From Bdellovibrionales bacterium (GTDB lineage: Bacteria; Bdellovibrionota; Bdellovibrionia; Bdellovibrionales; JAGQZY01): a DNA stretch of 64,000 bases. Where the stretch lies: positions 896,001 to 960,000 of the forward strand of contig CAXRHT010000001.1 in NCBI GenBank assembly GCA_964230645.1, read 5' to 3'. Numbering within the stretch: position 1 is the stretch's first letter; every line of letters begins with the position of its first letter. Below, piece after piece: positions 38,035 to 47,069 of the stretch. Made by a program: the position numbers and the translations under genes. The notes below the pieces were generated by a model, which ran no database searches, had not been told where the DNA came from, and saw only the letters and a list, made by a program, of their open reading frames with translations.

Positions 38035-38685
38035 TCAATCCAAAATGAAGTCGAGGATCCAGTCCTCATAAGCTTGAGTTTTTTCAACAAAAGTTCCGCT
38101 CTGAGAGTTTTCGATATTATCTCCAGGACGAATAAGGCTTGGTTCGTAGTAAGCAACAGTTACATGATCTCCCATTTCGTGAATAGAAGGGGCTTTTGAA
38201 TCAACAGTTGTTACAAACTTTGGATCAAAACAGGTTTGAAAGTTTTCAGAGAGTAATTCTTTATTGGAATCTTCAAGAGTGAGCTTTTCAGGCCCTTGGG
38301 GAAACTGCCCCTCGTCTCTCCATTCTTTTCTTGTCTGCATAACAGCAGCAAAGGCCCCCTGACGATTGGACTCAATTGTAGCTTTATGAAGTTTCTTTAT
38401 ATTTTGTCCAATCAGGATAAGGTCGCTATAGCCTTCAATGGAACTTTGGCCAAGATCTGGATAGTTTTCCATGATATCAACATACTTATCCTTCCAATCA
38501 AGGTAAGTAACCCCCATACAACTAATAATAATATCGGCCTGATGGTTCACAATGATCTGTGACTTATAGGATTCGTATTCTCTTATAATATCGTTCATTC
38601 CTTTTTTGGCGTAGGTGCGGGCTTGGGCCTGAGAGGCTGCGAGTAAACCTAATAGAAAAAAGGTCTGTAAAGTTTTCTTAAACAT
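38035..38685 (-). CDS. Secreted hypothetical protein
   Basis: Signal peptide (AQA cleavage), GGAG RBS; first gene of the operon. Confidence 0.75.
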   Translation of the reverse strand: MFKKTLQTFFLLGLLAASQAQARTYAKKGMNDIIREYESYKSQIIVNHQADIIISCMGVTYLDWKDKYVDIMENYPDLGQSSIEGYSDLILIGQNIKKLHKATIESNRQGAFAAVMQTRKEWRDEGQFPQGPEKLTLEDSNKELLSENFQTCFDPKFVTTVDSKAPSIHEMGDHVTVAYYEPSLIRPGDNIENSQSGTFVEKTQAYEDWILDFILD

Positions 38686-38842
38686 AGGGTCTCCAATCGT
38701 TTTTAGTTAAAGGACTTAAATCTTCCATAGGCCATTAAGCCTTGTTTTCCCCTGTCTAATTACAAGGACTGTGCCATGGGTCTTTAGAACCTCAGAGCTA
38801 AATTTGCGGATTTAGGAGCAAAATATGAGGCGAAGAGAAGAG

Positions 38843-38884
38843 TTTGTCCGGAATTTCGAATCTGGAATCTAAGAATCCGGACAG
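38843..38884. promoter_or_regulatory. Inverted TGTCCGGA/TCCGGACA pair in a divergent promoter region
   Basis: TGTCCGGA 38845-38852 and TCCGGACA 38876-38883; same core as the 2018-2075 cluster. Confidence 0.45.
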
Positions 38885-39028
38885 CTGAACGGGCGGAAAA
38901 CACGGCCAGATCGGAATAACCGGGGGCTTGAGGTTGGAACAGCCCTTGCTCTTAGAAGGACACGTGATTCTGCAAAACAGAAAAATTAAAAACAATGTTC
39001 AAACAATTAAACTTTGAGGTTAGATAAA

Positions 39029-39805
39029 ATGTTCAATAAATACTTTTTTACTATTTTATATATACTGCTCGCCAGTCACTCGAGCTCAGCCAAACTTGAT
39101 CTAAACACTTCCGCTCTTGGATGTCCCTTTTTACCTGCTGAATATTATTTAAATCAGATTGAGGTTGCCAATCGACGGATCCCAGAACTCGAATTGGAGA
39201 GATCTCAGACAAATGAAAAGATTAAGGCCAATTCGCTGGCTTTACAGAGCTTGAATTCACAAAAAACTGGTTTGCAAGCCGACATACAAATTTATGAAAA
39301 ACTTCTTCATATGATTCAAGAAGAGATCAACCGAGTCTATTACTCAACAAGGCTTCTGCAAGACATGTCTGAGGAGTGTCAGGAATGTTTAACCTTAGGA
39401 GAGGTTTTCGAATATGTTCAACTAGAATTGCCTGAGGAGTATTGGTCTGTTTTAAAACCTTTAAAGGACTACCTCGCTATTAGAGATGAGATGGTAGAAG
39501 CAGAAAGTAAAAGACTGATTAAGGCTATTGAGACCTTCAGCTCCGAGGTGATGATCCATGATCTTGAGGAGGACATACTTTTATTGACCGAAACTATTGA
39601 AGATAAGAAACAGAAATATGATGAAAGCCTCCGAGACGTTAATGAGCTTCAACTTAGCTTAGAAAGTAGCAATGAAAGACTCAACGAGGTGACTAAAGAA
39701 ATGGCTGACCACAGATCAAGGCTCAGGGAAAATAAAGTCATCGTCGAAAGGCGCGCTTTTGCTGAGAACATGTGCTTTCAACCTCACCCAGACTTTATGC
39801 ATTAA
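39029..39805 (+). CDS. Secreted coiled-coil protein with central CxxC (paralog of 40698..41441)
   Basis: GAGGT RBS before ATG 39029; signal peptide; heptads; ECQECLTL...ELPEEYW. Confidence 0.75.
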   Translation: MFNKYFFTILYILLASHSSSAKLDLNTSALGCPFLPAEYYLNQIEVANRRIPELELERSQTNEKIKANSLALQSLNSQKTGLQADIQIYEKLLHMIQEEINRVYYSTRLLQDMSEECQECLTLGEVFEYVQLELPEEYWSVLKPLKDYLAIRDEMVEAESKRLIKAIETFSSEVMIHDLEEDILLLTETIEDKKQKYDESLRDVNELQLSLESSNERLNEVTKEMADHRSRLRENKVIVERRAFAENMCFQPHPDFMH

Positions 39806-39815
39806 GGTGGTTCAT

Positions 39816-40682
39816 ATGCGCTATTTATTTTTTACTATTATTTTACTTGCTCAAACCCTCCAGGCCCAAAATCCCTGTCAGCCAGTATTTTGTAGAGCTG
39901 AGGATATTTATTTTGACGCTTTGACGGATCAAAACCACTGCCAAATGGATAAAAGAGTTTCCTGTCAATTGACCAATTATGGTTATGAGATGGACAGACT
40001 CATTGCTCATGGTAACTCCAATTCTTATATCAAACAGAGGCTAAAAAACAAAAAAGGAGAGCTTGTCGATAACTTTGAGCTTAAGGGCTTACTCGATACA
40101 GCTGAACTTGATTATAACGATCATTGTAGCGATCACGTTTCAAGAAAAGAGTTTAAACTTTGCCAAGCCACGGTTCAGTACGCAGTGACCGTTTACAACA
40201 AGGCCTCAGACCTTTTTCGATCTCTGGAGCTCCCCTATTACTCTTCCATTGTCACCAACCAAGAGGTGGTCAGTCTTTACCAAATTTCTGAAAGCCATCA
40301 TAAAAGATCAGACTTCTTTAAGAGTCTTCAACTGGATATGAAAATTGGAGAAGATCTTGGATTATGGAAACTCTTAGAAATTATTAAAGAAGCCTCGCGA
40401 AACGAAAGAGCCAAATACTATATCTGTAATGATAGTCCTGGAAAAATGAAAACATTGATTGCTGATCAGAAATTACTTTTCTTATCCGGTGAAATCAAAA
40501 GAGATCCTACGCTTATTAAAAAAGCCATTGATAATCTTTCCAAAATTCAAAATGTGGGTAGAGTCTTTCAGAGAACCTGTGAAAATCCAGAAGTCGTTGA
40601 CTCTATTTTGCAGGAGACGATTCAGCTTAAAAATATCTGGGAAAACCACAACCTTATTCAAACTTCTAACCATCTTAAATAA
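39816..40682 (+). CDS. Secreted Cys-containing helical hypothetical protein
   Basis: AAGGTGG RBS before ATG 39816; signal peptide; eight Cys. Confidence 0.7.
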   Translation: MRYLFFTIILLAQTLQAQNPCQPVFCRAEDIYFDALTDQNHCQMDKRVSCQLTNYGYEMDRLIAHGNSNSYIKQRLKNKKGELVDNFELKGLLDTAELDYNDHCSDHVSRKEFKLCQATVQYAVTVYNKASDLFRSLELPYYSSIVTNQEVVSLYQISESHHKRSDFFKSLQLDMKIGEDLGLWKLLEIIKEASRNERAKYYICNDSPGKMKTLIADQKLLFLSGEIKRDPTLIKKAIDNLSKIQNVGRVFQRTCENPEVVDSILQETIQLKNIWENHNLIQTSNHLK

Positions 40683-40697
40683 ACAAAGGAAATAAAA

Positions 40698-41441
40698 ATG
40701 CTTAAAACAATCACTCAAACAATTATTTGTACGATTCTTATCTTGCAAGCTCCGCTCGCCTCCTCTTGTCCTTTTCCTTCGGCGGCCACAGTGTACGATA
40801 TGATTCATCACTTTGAGAAAAAGGTCCATACGCTCAATCAACGAAAAGCGACACTCATTGGGCAAATAACGACATTGGCGCCTCGGCTACAAATAGAAAA
40901 ATCAAGAGCTCAAACTCTTGCAACCGATGCCTCAAACTATGCAAAGCTTGTTGAAGCCAATCAGGCTGCGATCAACCAAGCCTACTACATATCTGAGCTC
41001 TTAAAAGAAGTGTCGGTGGAATGCTCTGAATGCCTTACACTTGAGGAACTTTTTGATTACGTGCAAGTTGAGTTGCCCGAGGAATACTGGCCCATTTTAA
41101 GTCCTTTAAAAAGCTACCTGGAGGCTCTTGACGAAAAAGCGGGAGCCGAGAAGCAAAGGCTCACTCAAGCTCTAAAAACTTTTAGCTCTGATATTTTGGT
41201 AGAAGAGCTTGAAACTGAGCTTATTTCTTTAATTGAAATTGAAGAGGCAAAACGGACCGCCTATGAGAAGGCTAGTGCAAATGCTACCAACCTTCAGGCT
41301 TCTTACGATAGCGCCAACCAAAACCTGAGGTCAGTCACTCGTCAACTGGAAGAGGCCTCTGCTGAATTGGTGATTTGGCAAGGCTCCACTGGCCAAACTA
41401 GAGAGTCACAATGTTCCGCGGACGGTACCATTGTTAAATAG
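40698..41441 (+). CDS. Secreted coiled-coil protein with central CxxC (paralog of 39029..39805)
   Basis: AAGGA RBS; signal peptide; ECSECLTL...ELPEEYW. Confidence 0.75.
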   Translation: MLKTITQTIICTILILQAPLASSCPFPSAATVYDMIHHFEKKVHTLNQRKATLIGQITTLAPRLQIEKSRAQTLATDASNYAKLVEANQAAINQAYYISELLKEVSVECSECLTLEELFDYVQVELPEEYWPILSPLKSYLEALDEKAGAEKQRLTQALKTFSSDILVEELETELISLIEIEEAKRTAYEKASANATNLQASYDSANQNLRSVTRQLEEASAELVIWQGSTGQTRESQCSADGTIVK

Positions 41442-41447
41442 AGATAG

Positions 41448-41477
41448 AAAGGGAGGCTAGTGGAGCCTCCCCTTTTT
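41448..41477 (+). terminator. Intrinsic terminator
   Basis: GGGAGGCT-AGTGG-AGCCTCCC followed by CTTTTT. Confidence 0.75.
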
Positions 41478-41737
41478 CGAACTTCATGAATCCTCCACTC
41501 ACTCAGAACGAATGTACTCTTTTGTACGGATAATTTCTCAACTTAAAACATTCCACCTAGAAACAAGACCATTTACCTATTTCTAGTCCCAGAGTGTCCG
41601 CAAATCAGTGGATTTCTCTTCTGAAGTCTTGAAATAATATTCATTTATGATTCATCCTGGGACCTTTGCTTTTTAAACTGGAACCCAACACACTGCCTGC
41701 TACAATTATAGGATATGTCAATTTTAAGGGGGGTGGT

Positions 41738-43237
41738 GTGAATAAGCATTTCTATTCATGTTCGATAAAAACTTTAATGTCGGGACTTTTAGTCTCTTGT
41801 TTTCTCTCAATGATTTCCAGTCAGTCTTGGGCTTGGGAACCTGAGGGAGCTACCGTTAGAGATCCCGTGCGTGAACAAGTACGCTATCATACGGAAACTC
41901 GGCCGGCCGTTGAGAGAAATAGGAAGGAAACTAAGAGTGGAGTTTCCAATATGCGAAACCTTCCCACGAAACAGGTCGACAGGAACAATTTCAATAGTCG
42001 CAGTAAGGGAAATAAAGACGACGATGATGATGGGCGAACAAGAAACCCTCATGCATCCTCTGTTCCTGCAGAGAAGTTTAATGACCCATGGGCCCCCTAT
42101 AGAAATTACTCAGCGGGAGAATTTGGGGATGTTGGCGACTACGAGACTCACACCTCAGCGATCCAAAGGGCTATTGCTGTTGCTGATTCGTGCGAAACTT
42201 GCGCAAAAAGCAGTGGGTCCGATGACGATGCGGCTGTCGCCGCTAGACGAGCGGTTATAAACTCCATTTATTCCCAATCGGTAAAAGATGAATATGATAA
42301 CCGCGGAGTGCCTGAAGGTCGAAGAAATATTCCAGCAGGTCCATTAGCGGCAGCGGCTAAATATCGACACGGTCAAGTACCGATGGAAGATGAGCAAGGT
42401 AACATCAAACGCGACGACAATGGTGACCCCATCTATTTGAATGATCAAGAAAGGGCAATTGACGAACTTATTCTTGATGGTGTTGTAACTTACTACAATC
42501 CGGGCCAAGTGCCAATTCCACAAAGCACCTACGAGGAAACGACCACCACTCAAAAGTTAGGCCTTCAGGAAACACTGGTTTTAGTTGCTCCAGGTAGCAT
42601 CGAATTTGGGACAGTTTTGGAGGCCTCGGGCGTGCAATCTGACCTACCCCCTGAAGAGATGTTTGGGCTTGCTATGAACGCTCCCATTTTCCCGGGAGGA
42701 ATCGTGTTAATGAATAACCATTTTGACCCTTCAAGTAATCGCGTGATTATGGTGGATGGTAAAGAAGTCGTCGTTCCAACTATTGACTCGGAAAATGAAC
42801 TGCAGGTCGGCGGAGTCGTACATGAAATGTCTCACGCAGGCGAAATTGCGTTAATTAACCTTTCCAATGATTATTCAAACAGAGGAAAAGACCTGCCTCA
42901 GAATGTACGAGAGGGTAGCGATACTGCTAGGGCCTTAATTGGATCACCGGGGAGTGAGAGATTGCTTGTCGACGTTAACGAATATCTAGAAGACCATGAA
43001 GAGCGAGTAAGTGTTAATGACGAATACGTTAACCAATGGACTGAGGTCATGGCCTATAGCAACCAATATCCTGACAAAGAGCGCAACGTTGAACTTGTTG
43101 GGCGAACTTTGCAAGAGGGAATGGAATTAGACGAAGCCACAGCTCAGAGAGTCGCCAGGGACCTCGTTGAGAGTGAAACATACAAGGAAATTAGAAGACA
43201 ACTCGACGAAGCCGCCGATCACTTTTTGGAAAAATAA
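41738..43237 (+). CDS. Secreted protein with C-terminal HExxH zinc-peptidase-like motif
   Basis: Likely GTG at 41738; signal peptide (SWA/WEP); VVHEMSHAGE and a downstream TEVMAY. Confidence 0.6.
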   Translation: MNKHFYSCSIKTLMSGLLVSCFLSMISSQSWAWEPEGATVRDPVREQVRYHTETRPAVERNRKETKSGVSNMRNLPTKQVDRNNFNSRSKGNKDDDDDGRTRNPHASSVPAEKFNDPWAPYRNYSAGEFGDVGDYETHTSAIQRAIAVADSCETCAKSSGSDDDAAVAARRAVINSIYSQSVKDEYDNRGVPEGRRNIPAGPLAAAAKYRHGQVPMEDEQGNIKRDDNGDPIYLNDQERAIDELILDGVVTYYNPGQVPIPQSTYEETTTTQKLGLQETLVLVAPGSIEFGTVLEASGVQSDLPPEEMFGLAMNAPIFPGGIVLMNNHFDPSSNRVIMVDGKEVVVPTIDSENELQVGGVVHEMSHAGEIALINLSNDYSNRGKDLPQNVREGSDTARALIGSPGSERLLVDVNEYLEDHEERVSVNDEYVNQWTEVMAYSNQYPDKERNVELVGRTLQEGMELDEATAQRVARDLVESETYKEIRRQLDEAADHFLEK

Positions 43238-44307
43238 TGGAGATGAGGAAAATGAGTAAAAGAAAGACATTAACGATTTATGCATTATCACTTCCTGTTC
43301 TCGTATTGTTTTTTACAAACATGGGAGGGCGTTTACCAGGGGACTTAAAAGAGCCACCCAAAGTTGGGCTTGAGCCCCAGGAAATCGCTGATGAAATTCA
43401 GATGATCACTGAAAAAATTGAATCCGGTGAGTACGGGGAAGAAGGTGCTGAAGTAATGAAAGTTCATGTCAATAAAATGGCGAGCTTTCTTTCTAAGGAA
43501 ATCAAAGCCAAAAGGTGTAGCGATATAAGAGAGTACCTTCCTAAGCTCTACGCCGGTAAATATGTGATCTGGAGTACGCCTGAAGGAGAGGTCGTATACT
43601 GCCAAAGCTCAGTAGCTCTCATTAACAAAGCCTATGAAGAGATTCGTGGTAGGAAGCCAAACGACAATGGTCTCTCCAAATGGCTTGGAGTCATCGGCCT
43701 TCAAGGACATTTGGCTGCGATTGCTGGAATTGCTGAAGTGAAACAAAGTAAAGAAAACCCTCTATCGGATTCAGAGCTTGTTGAAGCTCTTTTTCGAGTG
43801 TTCCTTGACGAGCAGCCTTCTTCTCAAGCTATCAACCAATGGGTGAACCACTTGAAAAATGTGGGACTGAGCCAATTGGTCAACGATTTAGGCACTACCC
43901 CTGAAGCCTTGAAGAATTATTCTAGCTTTTTTCATGGGATCAAAGGGAATGTGAGCAAAATAAAGGTGCGCTCTGGTAAATTGGAATTTAAGGGCTGGGC
44001 CTGCTTTTCTCATTCATCAGCACCTGTGACCGTGGAAATTTACTCGGTAGACCGCAAACGCCACACCAGGAAGAAGTTTATTGGCAAAGTGACAACAAGT
44101 CGTGCCAGCAGTGACGGTGTTAATAATGCCTGTGGAACTCAGGGACAAAAACATCACTTTAAACTCCGAATTTCTCAGCGAGACTTTAAACAACGAAGCC
44201 GTGTGGCTCGTTTTTATGCTGTGGACGAGTTTAATGGTGGAAAAGTCTTACTCAATCCTAATAAAGAGATTCATATTCATGAGTACAGACGCGATGATGA
44301 TGATTAA
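43237..44307 (+). CDS. Exported protein with DUF4214-like repeats and C-terminal Ig-like (GWAC) domain
   Basis: AYEEIRGRKP..GL..W and LVEALFRVFLDEQPS..INQW repeats; KGWAC..VEIY; TAATG coupling to the upstream gene. Confidence 0.65.
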   Translation: MEMRKMSKRKTLTIYALSLPVLVLFFTNMGGRLPGDLKEPPKVGLEPQEIADEIQMITEKIESGEYGEEGAEVMKVHVNKMASFLSKEIKAKRCSDIREYLPKLYAGKYVIWSTPEGEVVYCQSSVALINKAYEEIRGRKPNDNGLSKWLGVIGLQGHLAAIAGIAEVKQSKENPLSDSELVEALFRVFLDEQPSSQAINQWVNHLKNVGLSQLVNDLGTTPEALKNYSSFFHGIKGNVSKIKVRSGKLEFKGWACFSHSSAPVTVEIYSVDRKRHTRKKFIGKVTTSRASSDGVNNACGTQGQKHHFKLRISQRDFKQRSRVARFYAVDEFNGGKVLLNPNKEIHIHEYRRDDDD

Positions 44308-44316
44308 GTTTTTAAG

Positions 44317-44340
44317 TTGGGAGAGGTCACTCTCTCCCAA
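44317..44340. terminator. Hairpin terminator between convergent genes
   Basis: TTGGGAGAG-GTCACT-CTCTCCCAA. Confidence 0.6.
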
Positions 44341-44345
44341 TTATT

Positions 44346-44651
44346 TTAAGATTCTTTTTTAGTATTGTCTTTCTTTTGACGTGCCTTAGGAACCGCTAGG
44401 AGTTCCACATAAAAACTCTCTGCCCCTTTTTGAACAAGTTCATCGATGGCCTTGTTGATCTGGGTGAGATGAACCTCTTTTGCCGAGGACGCTTCGGGGC
44501 CTACTTTGCAATCAAAATCCCAAAAATCTTTGCCCTCGGGGAGATCTTTTCTTCTCTCTCTAGCGACATACTTATTGATTTCATGTTTGATAGCATCAAT
44601 TTGTCTCGCTGGCTTTTTATTTTCAACTTGAGTTTGAAACGTCTTTTTCAT
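44346..44651 (-). CDS. DUF6172-like protein
   Basis: MKKTF..AIKHEINKYVARERRKDLPEGKDFWDFDCKVG..FYVELLA. Confidence 0.75.
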   Translation of the reverse strand: MKKTFQTQVENKKPARQIDAIKHEINKYVARERRKDLPEGKDFWDFDCKVGPEASSAKEVHLTQINKAIDELVQKGAESFYVELLAVPKARQKKDNTKKES

Positions 44652-44661
44652 TTTTTACCCT

Positions 44662-45657
44662 CTACTTGGCGTCACCTGTTTTTAATACTTCCCAAAACCG
44701 AGACTTCGATGAGAGGAGTAGCTTTGTTTCCTGGGGAAGAGACTTTTCATAGGCCTCAAGTGTTCGAACAAATCTGTAAAAAGAGGGGCTTTCTTTAAGA
44801 GAAGAAGCATATATATTGATCGCTTCCGCCTCAGCTCGACCTTTAATCTGTTGAACCTTTCTGTAGGCTTTTGATTGAATGGATTTTAGGTCCTTATCGG
44901 TTTTCCCTTCAATCTTAGCTCTCTCCCCTTTTCCGTAAGATCTTATTTTCTCGGCGATTCTTTCTCGCTCAGAGATCATACGTCCATAGACCTTTTTCTG
45001 CACACTGTCTTCATAGGCGATTCTTTTTAATTGCACATCGATAAGGTCAATTCCTAGGGGCGCTAGCTCTTTTTTGGCTTTCTCGATGATAAGAGCACTG
45101 AGCTTTTCACGTCCAATTTCTATGGGCTCAACTTCTCCGGTGATTTCCTCTTGCACTTTAACGATCTTGTCTGTGCCCTCGCTTTCTTCTTTTTCTTCTT
45201 GCTCCTGTCGCCTTTCTTCAATGAGGTCAAGAATCGTGTTGGAGTTTCTCACTGCTTCCACTAAATTATTTCCCGAGATCACATCGCGAGTGATTCCATC
45301 GAGGATTGCATCAAGTCTCGATCTCGCTCCCCGTTCGTTTTGCACTGTTTGAATAAATTTTAAGGGATCGACAATCTTCCAGCGAGCGGTGGTGTCAACC
45401 TCGATATACTTTTTATCTTTTGTCGGGATTTGATTGGGAAACCCGTCCCAACTTAGAATTCTGAGATCAATTCTTCTTACGTCTTGGATAAAGGGAAGTT
45501 TAAAATGAAGACCCGCCTCATTAACACTTCGGATAGGCTTACCAAACTGAGTGATTACGACTTGGCGCCCCTCGTAGACGACATAGCAGGAAGAAAAAAG
45601 CACAAAGATTAAAATGAGTCCAAGGACTCCTGTGAGAATAGCTTTATTTTGATTCAT
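44662..45657 (-). CDS. hflC: FtsH protease modulator HflC
   Basis: SPFH domain: VITQFGKP, GLHFKLPF, TKDKK.IEVD, RMISERERIA..RS.G. Confidence 0.92.
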   Translation of the reverse strand: MNQNKAILTGVLGLILIFVLFSSCYVVYEGRQVVITQFGKPIRSVNEAGLHFKLPFIQDVRRIDLRILSWDGFPNQIPTKDKKYIEVDTTARWKIVDPLKFIQTVQNERGARSRLDAILDGITRDVISGNNLVEAVRNSNTILDLIEERRQEQEEKEESEGTDKIVKVQEEITGEVEPIEIGREKLSALIIEKAKKELAPLGIDLIDVQLKRIAYEDSVQKKVYGRMISERERIAEKIRSYGKGERAKIEGKTDKDLKSIQSKAYRKVQQIKGRAEAEAINIYASSLKESPSFYRFVRTLEAYEKSLPQETKLLLSSKSRFWEVLKTGDAK

Positions 45658-46648
45658 TTTTTAATCCTCCAAAGACAGGGAGCACACCTTCAACCTCAGG
45701 GTCAATGACCGTTATGGTTTCAAGTTTTCCAAGAACTTTTTCTAGAGTTTCAATATAGAGACGATCTTTGGTGATTTTTGGCGCCTTCTTATAGGAGACT
45801 AAAATATCTTTAAAGCGCTCAGCATCCCCTTTAGCGCGGTTTAAAATTGCGGCTGAAAAACCTTCGGCTTCGGCGATTTTTTGCTCCGCCTTCCCTCGGG
45901 CCTCGGGAATGATTTGGTTGTAGTATTTCTCGGCTTGGTTAATGGCCTGCTCTTGTTCTTGTTTGGCTTCATTGACTTTGTTGAAGGAGGGTTTCACTGG
46001 CCCTGGAGGGTTAACGTCCTGAAGTTTGATCGAAACAACTTTTACACCCATATTGTAGCTATCAAGAACCTCTTGGGTGAGTTCTTTGGCTTCTGAGGCA
46101 ATTTCGGTTCTTCCCACAGTAAGAACATCATTTACCAGTCTATCGCCCACCACTCGCCTCATAATGGCCTCTGAGATATCGCGAATGTTTTGGATGGGGT
46201 CTCTAACATTAAAAAGATACTTTTGGGGCTCAGCAATTTGAAACTGAGTGATCCACTCGACATCAGCCACGTTGAGATCCCCGGTTAACATCAACGACTC
46301 ATCGTCATAGCCTGAGTCATCATAAGAGGTTCTTTTCCCTGTCACACTTTTTGTACGAAATCCAAACTCCTCTTGTAGGATCAGTTTTGTCTTTACCTTG
46401 ATTGTTTGGTCGATTCCAAAGGGCAGCTTGAAATGAAGCCCTGGAGAGGTTGTGGTGTGATAATCTCCAAACCTTAAAACAACGCCCTCTTCATCGGGTT
46501 GAATGGTGTAGAAGGAAGAATAAAGAAGTACGCCTACAATAATGAGACCTAGAAAAACGAAGATTCCCTTTGGTTCGTTTGATATCTGATTCCAGATCTT
46601 TCGTAGCTCTTTTCCAACATCAGGTGGTTGGGGTTCGTTAAAGGACAC
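45644..46648 (-). CDS. hflK: FtsH protease modulator HflK
   Basis: GVVLRFG, MLTGDLNVADV, LQDVNPP.PV..SF, IPEARG.A, RLYIETLE. Confidence 0.92.
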   Translation of the reverse strand: MSFNEPQPPDVGKELRKIWNQISNEPKGIFVFLGLIIVGVLLYSSFYTIQPDEEGVVLRFGDYHTTTSPGLHFKLPFGIDQTIKVKTKLILQEEFGFRTKSVTGKRTSYDDSGYDDESLMLTGDLNVADVEWITQFQIAEPQKYLFNVRDPIQNIRDISEAIMRRVVGDRLVNDVLTVGRTEIASEAKELTQEVLDSYNMGVKVVSIKLQDVNPPGPVKPSFNKVNEAKQEQEQAINQAEKYYNQIIPEARGKAEQKIAEAEGFSAAILNRAKGDAERFKDILVSYKKAPKITKDRLYIETLEKVLGKLETITVIDPEVEGVLPVFGGLKNESK

Positions 46649-46727
46649 TTAAGACCTCCTTTTTCGGGCAGTGCGCTCAAATTAGGGGCCTCAGGGCGGA
46701 ATAACAACCATCAGATCTGTTGACTGC

Positions 46728-47057
46728 GTGCGCAACAGCTTTTATCTTTCCCCCGTGGCATTGCTTATACGTTTCTTAATTCTAGCCTTGGTCGTTTATT
46801 TGCTTTTTTTTAGAAAAAGAAGAAAGCCAAGACATAGGGCTTTTAACCCTGAAGGAGAAAAACCTCACAGTAAAAACCCCTACGATATCCTGGGAGTCCA
46901 GAAGGGAAGCTCCCAAGAGGATATTAAAAAGGCCTATCGTAAGGCTCTTTCTTCCTATCATCCTGATAAGGTGGAGCATTTAGGGGAGGATATTCAGGCT
47001 TTAGCAAAAGAGCGCACCAAAGAAATAATGGACGCCTACAAAAGCCTTGCTAGGTAG
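46728..47057 (+). CDS. Membrane-anchored DnaJ (J-domain) protein
   Basis: N-terminal TM helix; NPYDILGV..IKKAYRK..YHPDK. Confidence 0.85.
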   Translation: MRNSFYLSPVALLIRFLILALVVYLLFFRKRRKPRHRAFNPEGEKPHSKNPYDILGVQKGSSQEDIKKAYRKALSSYHPDKVEHLGEDIQALAKERTKEIMDAYKSLAR

Positions 47058-47069
47058 CCTCAATTTCCT

